A DNA stretch of 64,000 bases from Octopus sinensis (lineage: Eukaryota), in the NCBI RefSeq assembly GCF_006345805.1, contig NC_043012.1, positions 57,908,001 through 57,972,000 on the forward strand, in the 5' to 3' direction. A program made the position numbers and the translations under genes. The notes beneath the pieces are model-generated. The model ran no database searches. It was given only the letters and a program-made list of their open reading frames with translations, and was not told the origin of the DNA. Position 1 is the stretch's first letter. Each line of letters starts with the position of its first letter. This document shows positions 27,378 to 40,886 of the stretch, in pieces.

Positions 27378-27824
27378 TATATATATAGGAACGTCTACTC
27401 ACAGGGCTTTGGTCAGCCCAAGGCTATAGTAGGAGCCACTTGCCCAAAGTGCAGAGCAGTGGGACTGAACCCGGAGTCATGTGTTTGGGAAGCAAGCTTC
27501 TTATCACACAGCCACTCCTGAGCCTATATTTAATACTCTTTGGCAACATTGGCTGTCAAGGCACATCATATAAAGATGTTAAATAACAGCATGTAAATAT
27601 TGCGTTGAATAATTAAAGAACATCGTTTATGTCCCGACTTCTATAAATTCTATATATCCTCGGTATATATTGGTATATTTCTATATAATTAAGTGATAGA
27701 GATCTTGACCCAAAAAATCTCAGATCTGTAGCACTGCATTGAAGTAGTTTTTAGTCGAATAAATCGACCTGAGTGCTTGTTTTTCATTTTTAAAGACTGG
27801 TACTTAGTCTAAAATTGCACACAT

Positions 27825-27868
<44 letters not shown>

Positions 27869-28716
27869 TTATGCGACAGGCTTCTTTCAGTTTCCGTTTA
27901 CCAAATCCACTAGCAAGGCTTTGGTCTGCCGGCGGTTATAGTTGAAGAGACTTGTGTAAGATGTCACGCAGTGGAACTGAACCCAAAACCATGTGTTTGG
28001 GAAGCAAGCATATTATCACACACAGCCATGCCTGCGAACATTGGTTAGATTAAAACCCCCCACCGGTGATAACGGAATTAATGATGATGATGATGATGAT
28101 GAGGAGGAGGAGGAGGAGGAGGGGGAATACAACGACCAGGACGGAAGTGAGAACGGCAGGAACAGCTACAATGGTCACGTGCAGAATGGGATGCGGATGA
28201 TGATGAAGAAGAGAAAAAATATGATAGCTTTTGGCTGTCGATGTAGCGTTTTGATAATACGTTTTATCTTATTGCTTGGTTGAAACGCAAGCAAACTGAC
28301 CACTGGTGGGGGCCAGTTTTCAGGAGAATCTACTGTTTAGCACTCTTTCGGTTATTTTCCAGTTTGAAAATGTCTTTTAGAAATCACAGCAAACACTTTA
28401 ATTTGTTTTTTTTAAAAATCCCTTTAGAAAATCAATATAGCGTATTCATTCCAATCATCATCATCATCATCATCATCATCGTCGTCGTCGTCGTCGTCGT
28501 CGTCATCATCAGCAGCACTATCATTCATCGTTAGATTTCAATAGCAGGCCATCAGAATCTTCCTTGATCCACAAAAGCTTTCATAATCAATTCTCGACCC
28601 ATTGTTGGACGACTGATCATGGACATTGTCAGGATTTGAATACCTCAATGGAATTTGAATTCACAACGCAAATTACTGTAGCAGATACCGAAAGACACTA
28701 CGGCCGACGTTCATCA

Positions 28717-28760
<44 letters not shown>

Positions 28761-29216
28761 GCAACCATACTCTGGGATATGCCGATACACACAGATAGAG
28801 AAATTAAGGCCAACAGACCAGATATAGTTGTCAGAGATCATGAAGAAAAAAAAATGCTTTCTAATTGATGTATCAATACCGGCAGATGACAACTTGTCTC
28901 TAAAAGAAATGGAGAAACTTTCAAAATACAAAGACCTGGAAATAGAGGTAACCAGAATGTGGAATCTAAAAACAGAAACAATTCCTATCATAGTAGGTGC
29001 ATTAAGCATGATAAAAAATATTCATACAAATACATAACAAAAACACCAGGACTTACAAACACATATAACATACAGAAAATTGCACTACTAGGCACTGCAC
29101 ACATCCTACGCAGAACACTTTCCATACAATAACCATTAGAGCATCACAACAAATCACAGCAGACAGAGCTGCGCTCGGTAGTGAAGTGAAAGCACGCTAT
29201 AAAAATAAAACTACTG
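28761..29216 (+). mobile_element. 5'-truncated R4/Dong-type element, second family
   Basis: TILWDMPIHTDREIKANRPDIVV then CFLIDVSIPADDNLSLKEMEKLSKYKDLEIEVTRMW (RLE). (AAT)n on both sides. Confidence 0.9.
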
Positions 29217-29234
29217 AATAATAATAATAATAAA

Positions 29235-29840
29235 TTGCCCCATGATAAAAACTGGTGGGAACACAAAGCACCTCCAGTGTTTGAAAATGATCACATCTCA
29301 CTCCTCTGGAACTTCCCCATTCAAACTGACAGAAAGATAGACTCGAATTGGCCAGACATCATAGTAAAAGACTTCAGACAAAAAAACATGCCTCCTCATT
29401 GATATGACTGTCCCAATCGATATAAACGTATCTGTCAAGACCTACCAGAAACTGAGCAAATATAAAGATCTGGAAATAGAAATCAGCAAAATGTGGAACC
29501 TGAAGACTAAAACAATACCTGTTGTCATAGGTGCCCTGGGAATGATAGCGAAAGGGGCTGATTGCTACCTAACTCAGATACCAGGAAACCTCAAAATGGC
29601 AGAAATTCAAAAGAGAGTGCTCGTGGGAACTGCTTATATCCTACGCAAAATACTTTCTTTGTAATCTCAAGTTTCAAAACAAACATAATTTTCGTATGGT
29701 TTTTAGGCATTCACTAGTACAACACTAAGTACAAAACCAAATATATGGCATAACACTAACATGAACTTCCAACTTGTTGTCTCTTGAGGTCTCTGTTTGA
29801 GACTTGGAGCCAGCTTGTGCAAATGTAAAGCAAAAGTCAA

Positions 29841-29842
<2 letters not shown>
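29235..29842 (+). mobile_element. 5'-truncated R4/Dong-type element, same family as 21606-22708
   Basis: ORF 29404-29664 is near-identical in protein sequence to 21777-22154; shared 3' UTR ending GCAAAAGTCAA. Confidence 0.9.
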
Positions 29843-29895
<53 letters not shown>

Positions 29896-30973
29896 AATTA
29901 AATTAGAGATAAAAACCACTATTAGGCAACTCAAACAGTGATAGACATAAACCAAAACATGAAAAACAAAAAATAAATATAATTAACATATTATACAATA
30001 TATATATAAAATATAAAATTTAAAATTAAAATTATTAAAATTATTAAAATTTGAAATTTTAATAATTTAATTTATATTTATACTGTGAAATTTGATTTAA
30101 TCCTAAATCTAATTTTTCCCTGTAAGTTTGGATATACTCCCTAATATTATTATAATATATATATATTATTTAGTACTTTTATTCTTTTACTTCTTTCAGA
30201 CTTTTGACTGCGGCCATGCTGGAGCACCGCCTTTAGTCGAGCAAATCGACCGCAGGACTTATTCTTTGTATTTATTCCATCAGGCTCTTTTGCTGAACCA
30301 CTGACAAGCACAGACACACAAACATATACAAACACATACATATATGTATATATATGACGGGCTTCTTTCAGTTTCCGTCTACTAAATCCACTCAGAAGGG
30401 TTTGATCGGCCCGATGTTATGATAGAAGACACTTGCCCAAGGTGCCACGCAGTGTAACTGAACCTGGGACCATGTAGTTGGCGAGCAAGCTACTTACCAC
30501 AGAGCCATATATGCTGCGTGGGACTGAACCTGGAACCATGTGGTTGGTAAACCATCTACTTACCACATGTATGTATGTATGTATGTATGTATGTATATAT
30601 GCATGTATGTATGTATGAATGTATGTAGTGTGTGACGCATAGTGCACTTTATTGCTAACTCAAATTTATAAGATATATTATTCATATTATCAGCAGAATT
30701 CAATTCACACACACACACACACACACACACATACAAGCTCACGTGCGTGCACACACACACACATTCACACATACATACATATACATACATGCACTCCCAC
30801 CTACTCCACACACACCCACACACGTATCAAGCATGATTTATGTTCGATCAAATTTATTGTCCAGAATTTAATACATGACGACACCGTTTCTTTAGATAAT
30901 TTCAAAAAGAAAAGTATGTTAGGCGCACGTGCGTATGCGGTGTGCATGCATGCGTTTGTGAGAGTGTGTGCAC

Positions 30974-31031
<58 letters not shown>

Positions 31032-31204
31032 GTGTGCGCGCGTGTGTTTGTGTTTATGTATACGTGTGTGCGTTTATCTGTAATATTCAAGTTCCGATAC
31101 CTGTCAAACATCATCTGATTAAAATTCAGCATAATTTTCAAAACAGAAAAAAACAACCCCAAACAGTAATGAATAAATGTTACCCACTGTCTGTTTGTCT
31201 GCTT

Positions 31205-31241
<37 letters not shown>

Positions 31242-31251
31242 CGTGCATATA

Positions 31252-31341
<90 letters not shown>

Positions 31342-31966
31342 ATAAATTACAAATACTGAATATTTAAGTCTAGATTTCGAATATTAATTTATTCAAGAAA
31401 ACGATGATAGGTGATAATAAAACAGTACTAGCCTAAATACTTTTCACCGAAGTATGTTCTACTCGCCATATCTTAATAAAATATTCATGTATGTTTTTTT
31501 GCAAATAAACGGAACGTTAGAAACACCCAACTTGGAAATAATATATTTCATGCAATCAAGGTTGCATTGAGCTCAGCCATTTTATTTTATTCTAAAGGCA
31601 AGCTTATCATATTACGGCCATCCATTTTTGCTTTGTACCGATAAAGAGGGTTCTCTTGAAATGTTATCACTAATTAACAACACTACAGTAATTAATCATG
31701 TTGACATAATCCTCTTTTATACCATAATCGAGCCTAAGTATGTGTCAAATAAAAAAAACAAACAAGACAAAAAGAGAATAAAACAAAGAAAGAAGAATAA
31801 ACGCAGCGAACGGATAAAGGAGTTGGAAAAACACAGATTTGCTACTGTTGCTAGTGTTGTTGTTGTTGTTGTTGTGTTGTTTCTGATAATGAAGTACAGA
31901 AATCTTTGCAATGACGTAAACATACCGCTGCTACAGATACTACGACTACTAGTACTACAAATGACA

Positions 31967-32028
<62 letters not shown>

Positions 32029-32142
32029 TAATAATAATAATGATAATAATAATAATAATGATAATGATAATAATAATGATAATAATAATAACAATAACAA
32101 TATAATAATGATAATAATAATAATAATAATAATAACAATAAC

Positions 32143-32173
<31 letters not shown>

Positions 32174-32263
32174 TAATAATAATAATAATGAATAATAATA
32201 ATAATGATAATAATAATAAATAATAATAATAAAATAATAATAATAACAATAATAATAATGATG

Positions 32264-32296
<33 letters not shown>

Positions 32297-32407
32297 TAAT
32301 AATAATGATAATAATAATGATAATAATAATAATAATAATACTAACAATAACAATAATAATACTAACAATAACAATAATAATAATGATAATAATAATAATA
32401 ATAATAA

Positions 32408-32470
<63 letters not shown>

Positions 32471-32496
32471 AAGAAGAAGAAGAAGAGAAGAAGAAG
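31967..32496. repeat. (AAT)n followed by (AAG)n array
   Basis: Directly visible. Confidence 0.95.
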
Positions 32497-32800
32497 ACAA
32501 TATGAAAAGTATATAAAAAATAGCAAAGTACCAGGACCTTGCTATTGAATTACTGAGACAATAGAAAATGCGGGTAAAATGTAACCCATTAGTTATAGGT
32601 GCACTGGGAATTATCCCTAAAGATCTGAACAGATGGATAGAGGAAATAGGCAAAAAATCCAGTTTAGTACAGCCCCAGAAATCAATGTTATTAGTAACAG
32701 CTAGGATACTTTGGAGGGTTCTTGGCATCTAAGGTTATTGTAGACCGATGTTAGGATTTTTTCTCTTTTCCAATATTCTAATCTGTTGAGTGTATATGAA
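32497..32800 (+). mobile_element. 3' end of a third R4/Dong-type family
   Basis: KIAKYQDLAIEL...PLVIGALGIIPKDL...TARILWRVLGI* followed by a 3' UTR and (AAT)n. Confidence 0.75.
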
Positions 32801-34332
32801 AATAATAATAATAATTACCTACTTTCTACCATAGACACAGGGCCCTGATATCGTAAGGGAGGTGCTAGTCGATTACATCAATCCCAATGCTTAACTGGTA
32901 TTTATTTCTTCAACCCTGAATGGGTGAAAGGCAAAGTCGACCTCAGGAAAATTTGAATTCAGAATACAAAGCCGGATGAGGAGCCGCTAAGTATATTCAT
33001 AACCTTTTTAGCAATTTTATTACATTGATATTTGATGCTGGATCCAAGTTTTTTTCATATCGCCCCCTCTTTCTCTCTGGCAGATTTTGCTAAAATGTTT
33101 GACTGCAAAATTAAGTTTCGTGATCATTTCCGTAACGATGTTAATTATCCACCAAAACGTAGCAATGATATTTACTGCTTCTCTGGGTACGGTTTACATA
33201 TCCACCACTAAAAGTATTTAATTCTTGCCCTCTAAAAGAGATAATTGTATATGATTTGTAGCCACCTTGGATAGGCAATTTCAACACCTCATTCCCTTTT
33301 GCACTTTAGGTCGGAGTTTTAAGGGTAAACCAATCTGAGTAGATTGGCTTACCCTAAAGAGATACTTGAAAAGAATTTAAGTAAATCTGAAGAATTGTCT
33401 TTAATTAAATACATCACTGGGTTATCTCTACTTTCAGTAGACTAAGGTGACATTTTCTAAAAGCCTTTTGCTACAGGCGCTTTTTGCAGTTAACGGTAAT
33501 GCAATTTTGAGTGCAAATATCCGTTTTTCGCTTTCAGAAGGTTAACTAGTAACTCCATTAGTGTGTAGCTGTCACCATAGTCTCTGTTTCTGTTTCCTGA
33601 GAATCAGTACAAATGTTGTTATCAAAAATTTCCTGCGAATTCTGCTGACACTGTTTTCAGTATTTCAAAGCTGTTTCTTGTTTCACCGACGACAACCCAG
33701 GAGTTTTCTGCTATGATTGTTCTTGGTTGGATTATTGAATGATTTGCAAAATAATTGAAATATTTAGTTACGCGTACGAAGTAATGAGTTTTTCGCCAAC
33801 AAGATTAAGTCCTCTCTTCTGCGAGTGTTTTCTCTTTGCATGGCAAACGAACCGTGTGCCACCTTTTCTTCCCAATTTCCCATCACTGCACATTTGTTTT
33901 CGTTATTTTATTAGCAACCATTTAGAATGCCTGTGTTCATATCTGGTCAACCTGACAGATAGTCAGGGTGACCAGATATGTGGAGGCGTGTGGCTTACTG
34001 GTTGGGTGTTGGATAAATGATTGTAAGATTGTAGTTTCGATTCCTGGACAGAGCGATGCGTCGTGTTCTTGAGCAAGACAGTTCATTTCACGTTGCTCCA
34101 GTTCACTCAGCTTGGAGAAAGGAGTAATCCTGCAACGCACCGGCCTCCCATCTAAGGAGGAATATATACGCTAGAGAAACTCCTCATGAGGTAATATGGA
34201 CTAACCACTGACGGCTAGTAACAGCAGTCAAATCGCCCTCAAATTACAAACTGCCGTTATGAAAAGAAAAGGAAGACAACAAAAAAGGAAGCATAACACA
34301 ATATGAAATCATGAGACGTTTATAGTTGTAAT

Positions 34333-34730
34333 AACCTTTTCTACTCTGGGCACAAGGCACGAAACTTTTGTGGAGGGGAGTGGGGAAGTCGATTACATCG
34401 ACCCCTGTGCGCAACTGGTACTTAATTAATCGACCCCGAAAGGATGAAAAGCAAAGTCGGAATTTGAACTCAGAACGTAGCGGCAGACGAAATACTTATT
34501 TCTTTACTACCCACAAGGGGCTAAACACAGAGGGGACAAACAAGGACAGACAAACGGATTAAGTCGATTATATCGACTCCAGTGCGTAACTGGTACTTAT
34601 CTAATCGACCCCGAAAGGATGAAAGGCAAAGTCGACCTCGGCGGAATTTGAACCCAGAACGTAGCGGCAGACGAATTACCGCTAAGCATTTCGTCCGGCG
34701 TGCTAACGATTCTGCCAGCTCGCCGCTTTA
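34333..34730 (-). mobile_element. Tail-A Meta-like SINE (34497-34730) joined to a tail-B unit (34333-34496)
   Basis: Minus-strand junction AAAGAAATA|AGTATTTCGTCTG. Confidence 0.85.
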
Positions 34731-35423
34731 AGAGAAAGGATGAATTGAGTTGTCTCTGGTTTGTGTTCGCTTTCTTGTTACCTACAATCTGCCAACACTA
34801 TTTCTTGAATATAACATATTGTGTGCTTTGTTAGCATTCCATTTTTGTATGTGTATTCATTTCTGTAGGTGTAATGTGGCCGAATATGTTAAGGCGTTCC
34901 TTTAGCAATCATTTGGTCACCGATTCGATCCTGACACCTAAATTCTAGAGCCATCGTCATTGTTTTTTTTTATTGCTTCGCATCAATTCATGGCTCATAC
35001 GTGTAAATGGATTGATGGACACTGGTTAGAAGAACGCCGAAGGAAGCATAGCTGTAATTCAGGAGTCCAGCCTTCTCACACGCTGTATCACACATGTTGC
35101 GCCTGAGTATTCCGTTAAGAGTACACCTGACTTTGAAATATTCAGTCACTTATATGCTAATACAATAAGTCATGTAGTTCACTTGATTGAACAACTGAAG
35201 ATTCGTGATGAAAATTCCGGTCGATATCTAATTTTTTAAATATCAATTTCATTAATTTCAATTTTGGTTCATTGAATACTGCTTTAGATTATTTCGACAT
35301 TAACACTATCATTGCCAAGATATTAATTCCTTTAAATAACTTAGTTTTGTTTCTCATAGCTTCTGAAACCTTAATTTCTTCCCCATCTTTAGCTGATTTT
35401 CTTTTCTCTTTCATCTTGTTACC

Positions 35424-35652
35424 TATTTCTTTATTGCCCACAAGGGGCTAAACACAGTGGGACAAACAAGGACAGACATAGGTATTAAGTCGATTACATC
35501 GACCCCAGTGCGTAATTGGTACTTAATTTATCGACCCCGAAAGGATGAAAGGCAAAGTCGACCTCGGCGGATTTTGAACTCACAACGTAACGCAGACGAA
35601 ATACCGCTAAGCATTTTGCCCGGCGTGCTAACGTTTCTGCCAGCTCGCCGCC
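35424..35652 (-). mobile_element. Full-length tail-A Meta-like SINE with 14-bp TSD
   Basis: TTCATCTTGTTACC at 35410-35423 and 35653-35666. Confidence 0.9.
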
Positions 35653-35759
35653 TTCATCTTGTTACCGTCAGTCACCTTACAATTTTTTTTCGCGCTGTTA
35701 TAGGTACAATATATGAACTTTTTGATGGAGCGGGCTACTCGATAATATTGATATCGGTG

Positions 35760-36090
35760 CCCACCTATTACTTATTGTATCGACCTCGAACGGATGAAGG
35801 GCAAAGGAGACCTCGGCAGCATCTTAACTCAGAACATAACGCCGGAACAAATGATACGAAATTATGCATTTTCTCCGGCGTGCAAACGGTTCTTATTTCT
35901 TTACTGCTCACAAGGGGCAACACTCAGAGGGGACAAACAAGGACGGATAAACGGATTAAGTCGATTATATCGACTCCAGTGCGAAACTGATACATATTTA
36001 ATCGACCCCGAAAGGATGAAAGGCAAAGTCGACCTCAGCGGAATTTGAACTCAGAACATAACGGCGTGCTGACGATTCTGTCAGCTCACC
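35760..36090 (-). mobile_element. Tail-A SINE (35894-36090) joined to an older SINE unit
   Basis: Minus-strand junction AAAGAAATA|AGAACCG. Confidence 0.75.
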
Positions 36091-36445
36091 AATTTGATGT
36101 CTTATATATTTTTACATTTAGACAAGCCCATCGCATCTTTAGCACTACATCATCTGTGTTTCATCTACATTGGCATGATTTTGAAGTTACATTCTACCTG
36201 CTATATAATTGCGTACTGAACTATAGAGCCTACCAGATTGTGTAAGTTTTGGGACATCTTAATCGGGACCAATGATCTGAAACGCCGACGTTTGGCAGAT
36301 TGCCAACGTACGAAGGTTTCTCTCAGTTCAAATGTAATAACAAAAACTACGTATTCATGATTGGGTACACCGATAAAGATCTTTTTACTTAAACGCTACA
36401 GACAAAAAAACTACATATTTTAAGCTTGTGTACTGTCGATTAAAG

Positions 36446-36678
36446 CGCATGGCTCAATTGTTAGAGCATCGTGCTCAGAATCATGAGGCTACGAATTCGA
36501 TTCCCGGACCGGGCTGTATGCTGTGTTAACATTGGTGGCGTTGAGAAGGGAGGCTAGTATGCATGGGCGACTGCTTGTCTTCCATAAACAACCTTGCTCG
36601 GACTTGTACTTCGGAGGGGATCTTTCTAGGTGCCCCTACCGTAGTTATTCATGACTGAAGCGGGGCTTTACCCTTTTA
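36446..36678 (+). mobile_element. tRNA-derived SINE (fourth family), internally deleted
   Basis: Shares the head and the TATGCATGGGCGACTG...CTTCCATAAACAA body with the longer copy at 62765-63108. Confidence 0.7.
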
Positions 36679-36880
36679 CTGCCGATTAAGCAGAATGATT
36701 TTTATACTTAAACTCAAAAACCATATATCTGAGTAGCTCTGAAACTAGTCTCTGGAAGCTGGCTTTGCTGGGTGGAGGTGTTTATCTCCCCTGTTTGAAA
36801 AGATAAGGAAATAGCACGGTTGTGTCACGTAGCCAACTGGAAACGGTGTTTCCTGGGGCTAAATAGCAGTAGCATCCTTC

Positions 36881-36919
<39 letters not shown>

Positions 36920-36985
36920 ACTGTAAATATTATTAAAATAACATTAATATCCAGCAAGAATAAAGCACCATATAGATTTATTAAT

Positions 36986-37183
36986 ATATAGAAAGCAGGT
37001 ATACACGAAGTATGATCATTGCTAGAAATAGCAGCCGGTGAGTTTACGGCGCTATGTAGAGCTTCACCGAATATTTACAGGCAGAGATGTGTAAATGTTC
37101 AGGGAAGCCCAACATAGCGCCTTAAACTTACCGGCTGTTATTTCTAGCAGTGATCGTACTTCGTGTACACCTTCTTTATACAT
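36986..37183. other. Fold-back inverted repeat (82-bp arms, 10-nt loop)
   Basis: Arms 36998-37079 and 37090-37171 align without gaps at 71/82; weaker pairing continues about 12 bp outward. Confidence 0.9.
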
Positions 37184-37211
37184 TTATATGTGTGTGTGTG
37201 TGTGTGGTGTG

Positions 37212-37242
<31 letters not shown>

Positions 37243-38540
37243 TGTGTGTGTGTTTGTGTATGTGTGTGCACATACACAATATACTAAACGTTAGTATCAG
37301 TATTTTCGTTTTTTATTATCGCAAAATCAGTTCTGCTGGAGCAGCTCAATAGAGAAAGGCGTTCCATCTGTGACCAGCCTTCTTTCCTTTGTAGAAGATA
37401 TATCATAGTTGGAAGAATGTTAGGCTGCTGTTTCATGCAATTCAATTAGCTGCCAAGAAGCTTACTCACTGAGCCGTCTATAATTTTGGCATGAATAAAT
37501 TTGCATTGGTAATTTTTCCGGGAGTGGGTGAACTGGGATAAATAGATTCCATTCTAAATTACAAAAATTATTTTATCTTTAATTTACATTTTAATTAATT
37601 TTAAATAGATTTTATTCTAATTTTTAATACTCTCATTCTCTCCTACTTTTAAACTGTATGTGTGTGTGTGTGTGTTGTATATGATTTCAAATTTTTATAC
37701 TAGGCCAGCAAATTGATTGGAGAAAGTGGATTGGGGTCTCAACAGTTACCTATTTTATTGCCTCTGAAAGGATGAAACGCATCAGTTGAATTTGTCCTTA
37801 GAAGGAACAAAAATATAAATAAAAATAAATGTGCCATTTTTAAAGCCTAGCTAGGCTCATGGGCCCGGTTTCTATGGCCTATGTGTTCCCCAGCTGGACA
37901 GGACGCCAGTCCATCGCAGTGTTACTCATTTTTGCCATCTGAGTAGACTGGAGCAACGTGAAATGAAGTGTTTTGCTCAAGAACACAACGCGTCGCCCGG
38001 TCCAGGAATCGAAACCACAATCTTACGATCCTAGCAACTAAGCCACGCGTCTCCACTTAGAAGGTAAAGGTGGGTGAAAAACTGTTATGCTTTTTGTCTG
38101 GCTTGCCAATGATTCTGACGTCTCACTGACTTTAATAAATAAAAATTAATATGTAATATAAGAGAAGATATGAGTTCGAGTCCCGCAGGCTGCTTTCGAC
38201 TTTTTATATTGCTTAAAGCTTTATGTACAGGATGGTTCCAGAGTTTTGTCACCATCTGTAAATATTGTTTTAATCTTCTATTATCCAGGAGAGGGTTTCA
38301 CAAGAGCAATACCAGAATACTGAAGGACGCTGTTTCGGCAACCTTTGCTACAATCACCAAACACAGCTTCGTAAAATATCACACAGGACATAGCACCGCA
38401 TTATTTTGAGCCATGAAATCGATGCTGTTAATACAGACCTTCTCGATATGTGACGGTGTCAGTATCAATGAAAGAGAATATACTAAAACTAGTACATGTG
38501 TTTGATATTATTACATTGTTCCTCCATTATTCTTATTACT

Positions 38541-38774
38541 AAGGCGGCGAGCTGGCCGAAACGTTAGCACGCCGGGCGAAATGCGTAGCCGTATTTCGTC
38601 TGCCGTTACGTTGTGAGTTCAAATTCCGCCGAGGTCGACTTTGCTTTTCATTCTTTCGGGGTCGATTAAATAAGTACTAATTACGCACTGGAGTCGATGT
38701 AATCGACTTAATCCGTTTGTCTGTTTCTTTGTTGTCCCTTCTATGTTTATTTCATTGTGAGCAATAAAGAAATA
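38541..38774 (+). mobile_element. Full-length tail-A Meta-like SINE with 15-bp TSD
   Basis: ATTATTCTTATTACT at 38526-38540 and 38775-38789. Confidence 0.9.
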
Positions 38775-39709
38775 ATTATTCTTATTACTTGTCGGTTCAA
38801 CAGTTAAAAATGAATTGTTTCACGTTCTCTCGCAGTTTCTAAATTGAAAAAAAAAAGACAATATAACATACTGAAGTAACTATGAAGCTTTTTTTTTATG
38901 TATTACTGGCATTGTTACGACAACGAAAACCGCATCTTTGACTTGAATTTTGTTTGCTAAATTCTGTTATAATTCTAGCGATGTTATTACATTAACGTAC
39001 GTTCAGACATTGCTTTACCTACCAACATCGTTATTTCTTGTCATTTAAAAATTGATAATGTCAGATTAGAAAAGAAGATTTTTAAGTAAGAGATGTCAAC
39101 GTCCTCATATTACCTAAAGCTATTTTACTTCTCGGAAGGAAAATTTCTATTTCATTGTTTTTCTAGAAGCTGACAACGTGTTTTGCGTTTCATTACATTT
39201 ACATATTTATTTAGTTATTCGTCGACCTCCCCATAGTTCTTGCGATATCTTATGTTCAGTCAGCGATATTTCATTGAAATTATAAACAGTATTTCTCTCT
39301 CTAGACTTCAGCTAAGCAGTAGCAGCCACGTGATGTCCTTATCAGATACAAAAAAAAAAAAAAAACTAGCACCGTATATGTTGCATTGCATCTTGTGAGG
39401 TTTCTCTATCAAGTATTTCTTTAAACAGTTAGGGCTTCTCAATTTTTCTTTTTGCAAAAAAAAAAAAAAACACGGAGATAAAAACTCCAAAAAAGGACAA
39501 AACAAAAAGAAATTCTTGTATCTGTTTTTTTTTTATTTATTGTTTTTACCATTTAAATATTTTAATGTTTTCTTTTGTAAGCTTCGTTGACCAATGCGGA
39601 TTTTTTTATCTTTTGATTTTTTTCCCCCTGCATCTCTGTTTACAGAATACAGTTTCAGTTAGCGGAGTGTAAAGAAGAGTATCTTATTTTATTATTTATG
39701 ATTTCAAAC

Positions 39710-39829
39710 TTTATATATACATGTATATATATATATCATGTTATATATATACATGTATATATATATAACATGTATATATATATACATGTATATATATATA
39801 TTATATATAACATGTATATATATATATAT

Positions 39830-39867
<38 letters not shown>

Positions 39868-39973
39868 ATATATATATATATACATGTATATATATATATA
39901 TATATATACATGTATATATATATATATATACATGTATATATTATAATATATATACATGTATATATATATATAT

Positions 39974-40015
<42 letters not shown>

Positions 40016-40692
40016 ATTATATATATATATACACATGTATATATATATATATATATATACATGTATATATATATATATACACATGTATATATATAATATA
40101 CACATGTATATCTCTCTCTATATAAACGGCAGTTTGTCTGTGCGTGTTTCTGTGTGTCTGTTTGCTTGTACCCTCACCCTGACCATGGCTTTCAACCGAT
40201 TCTGGATGAACTTGACACACACATAGCCCAATGTCATAATTCAAAACTAACGCAGCGAAATTTTGAAAAGTTCCCCCAGTTCTGTAAAAATCGATAAATT
40301 CGACATGGGTTCGAGAATTAGAAACACAAACCCAAACTGTCTAGGGGCCGCAACTCCACCTTATTTAACTAAAAAAAATTTACCACATCATTTTTTTTCC
40401 AATTTTTCGGCTTATAACTCTCTAAAATGCTTTATAGTATTTCCTTACAAACCTGAGCAACGCCGGCGATACTGCTAGTATATATTATATAGATACATGT
40501 ATATATATATATATATACATGTATATATATATATAATACACATGTATATATATATATATATACACATGTTATATTATATATATAACACATGTATATATAT
40601 ATATATATACACATGTATATAATCACATGTATATTATATATAATATATACACCGTATATATATTATATATATATATATATTAATATAACATG

Positions 40693-40723
<31 letters not shown>

Positions 40724-40836
40724 TACATGTATATATATATATAATATATATATATATATTACATGTATAATATATATATTATATAATATATATATATATA
40801 CATGTATATATATATATTATATATATATATATATAT

Positions 40837-40886
<50 letters not shown>

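Noticed and set aside
38170-38409. 79-aa ORF with an internal acceptor-like site at 38289
   Set aside because: No recognisable domain; the implied upstream intron would be only 31 nt.
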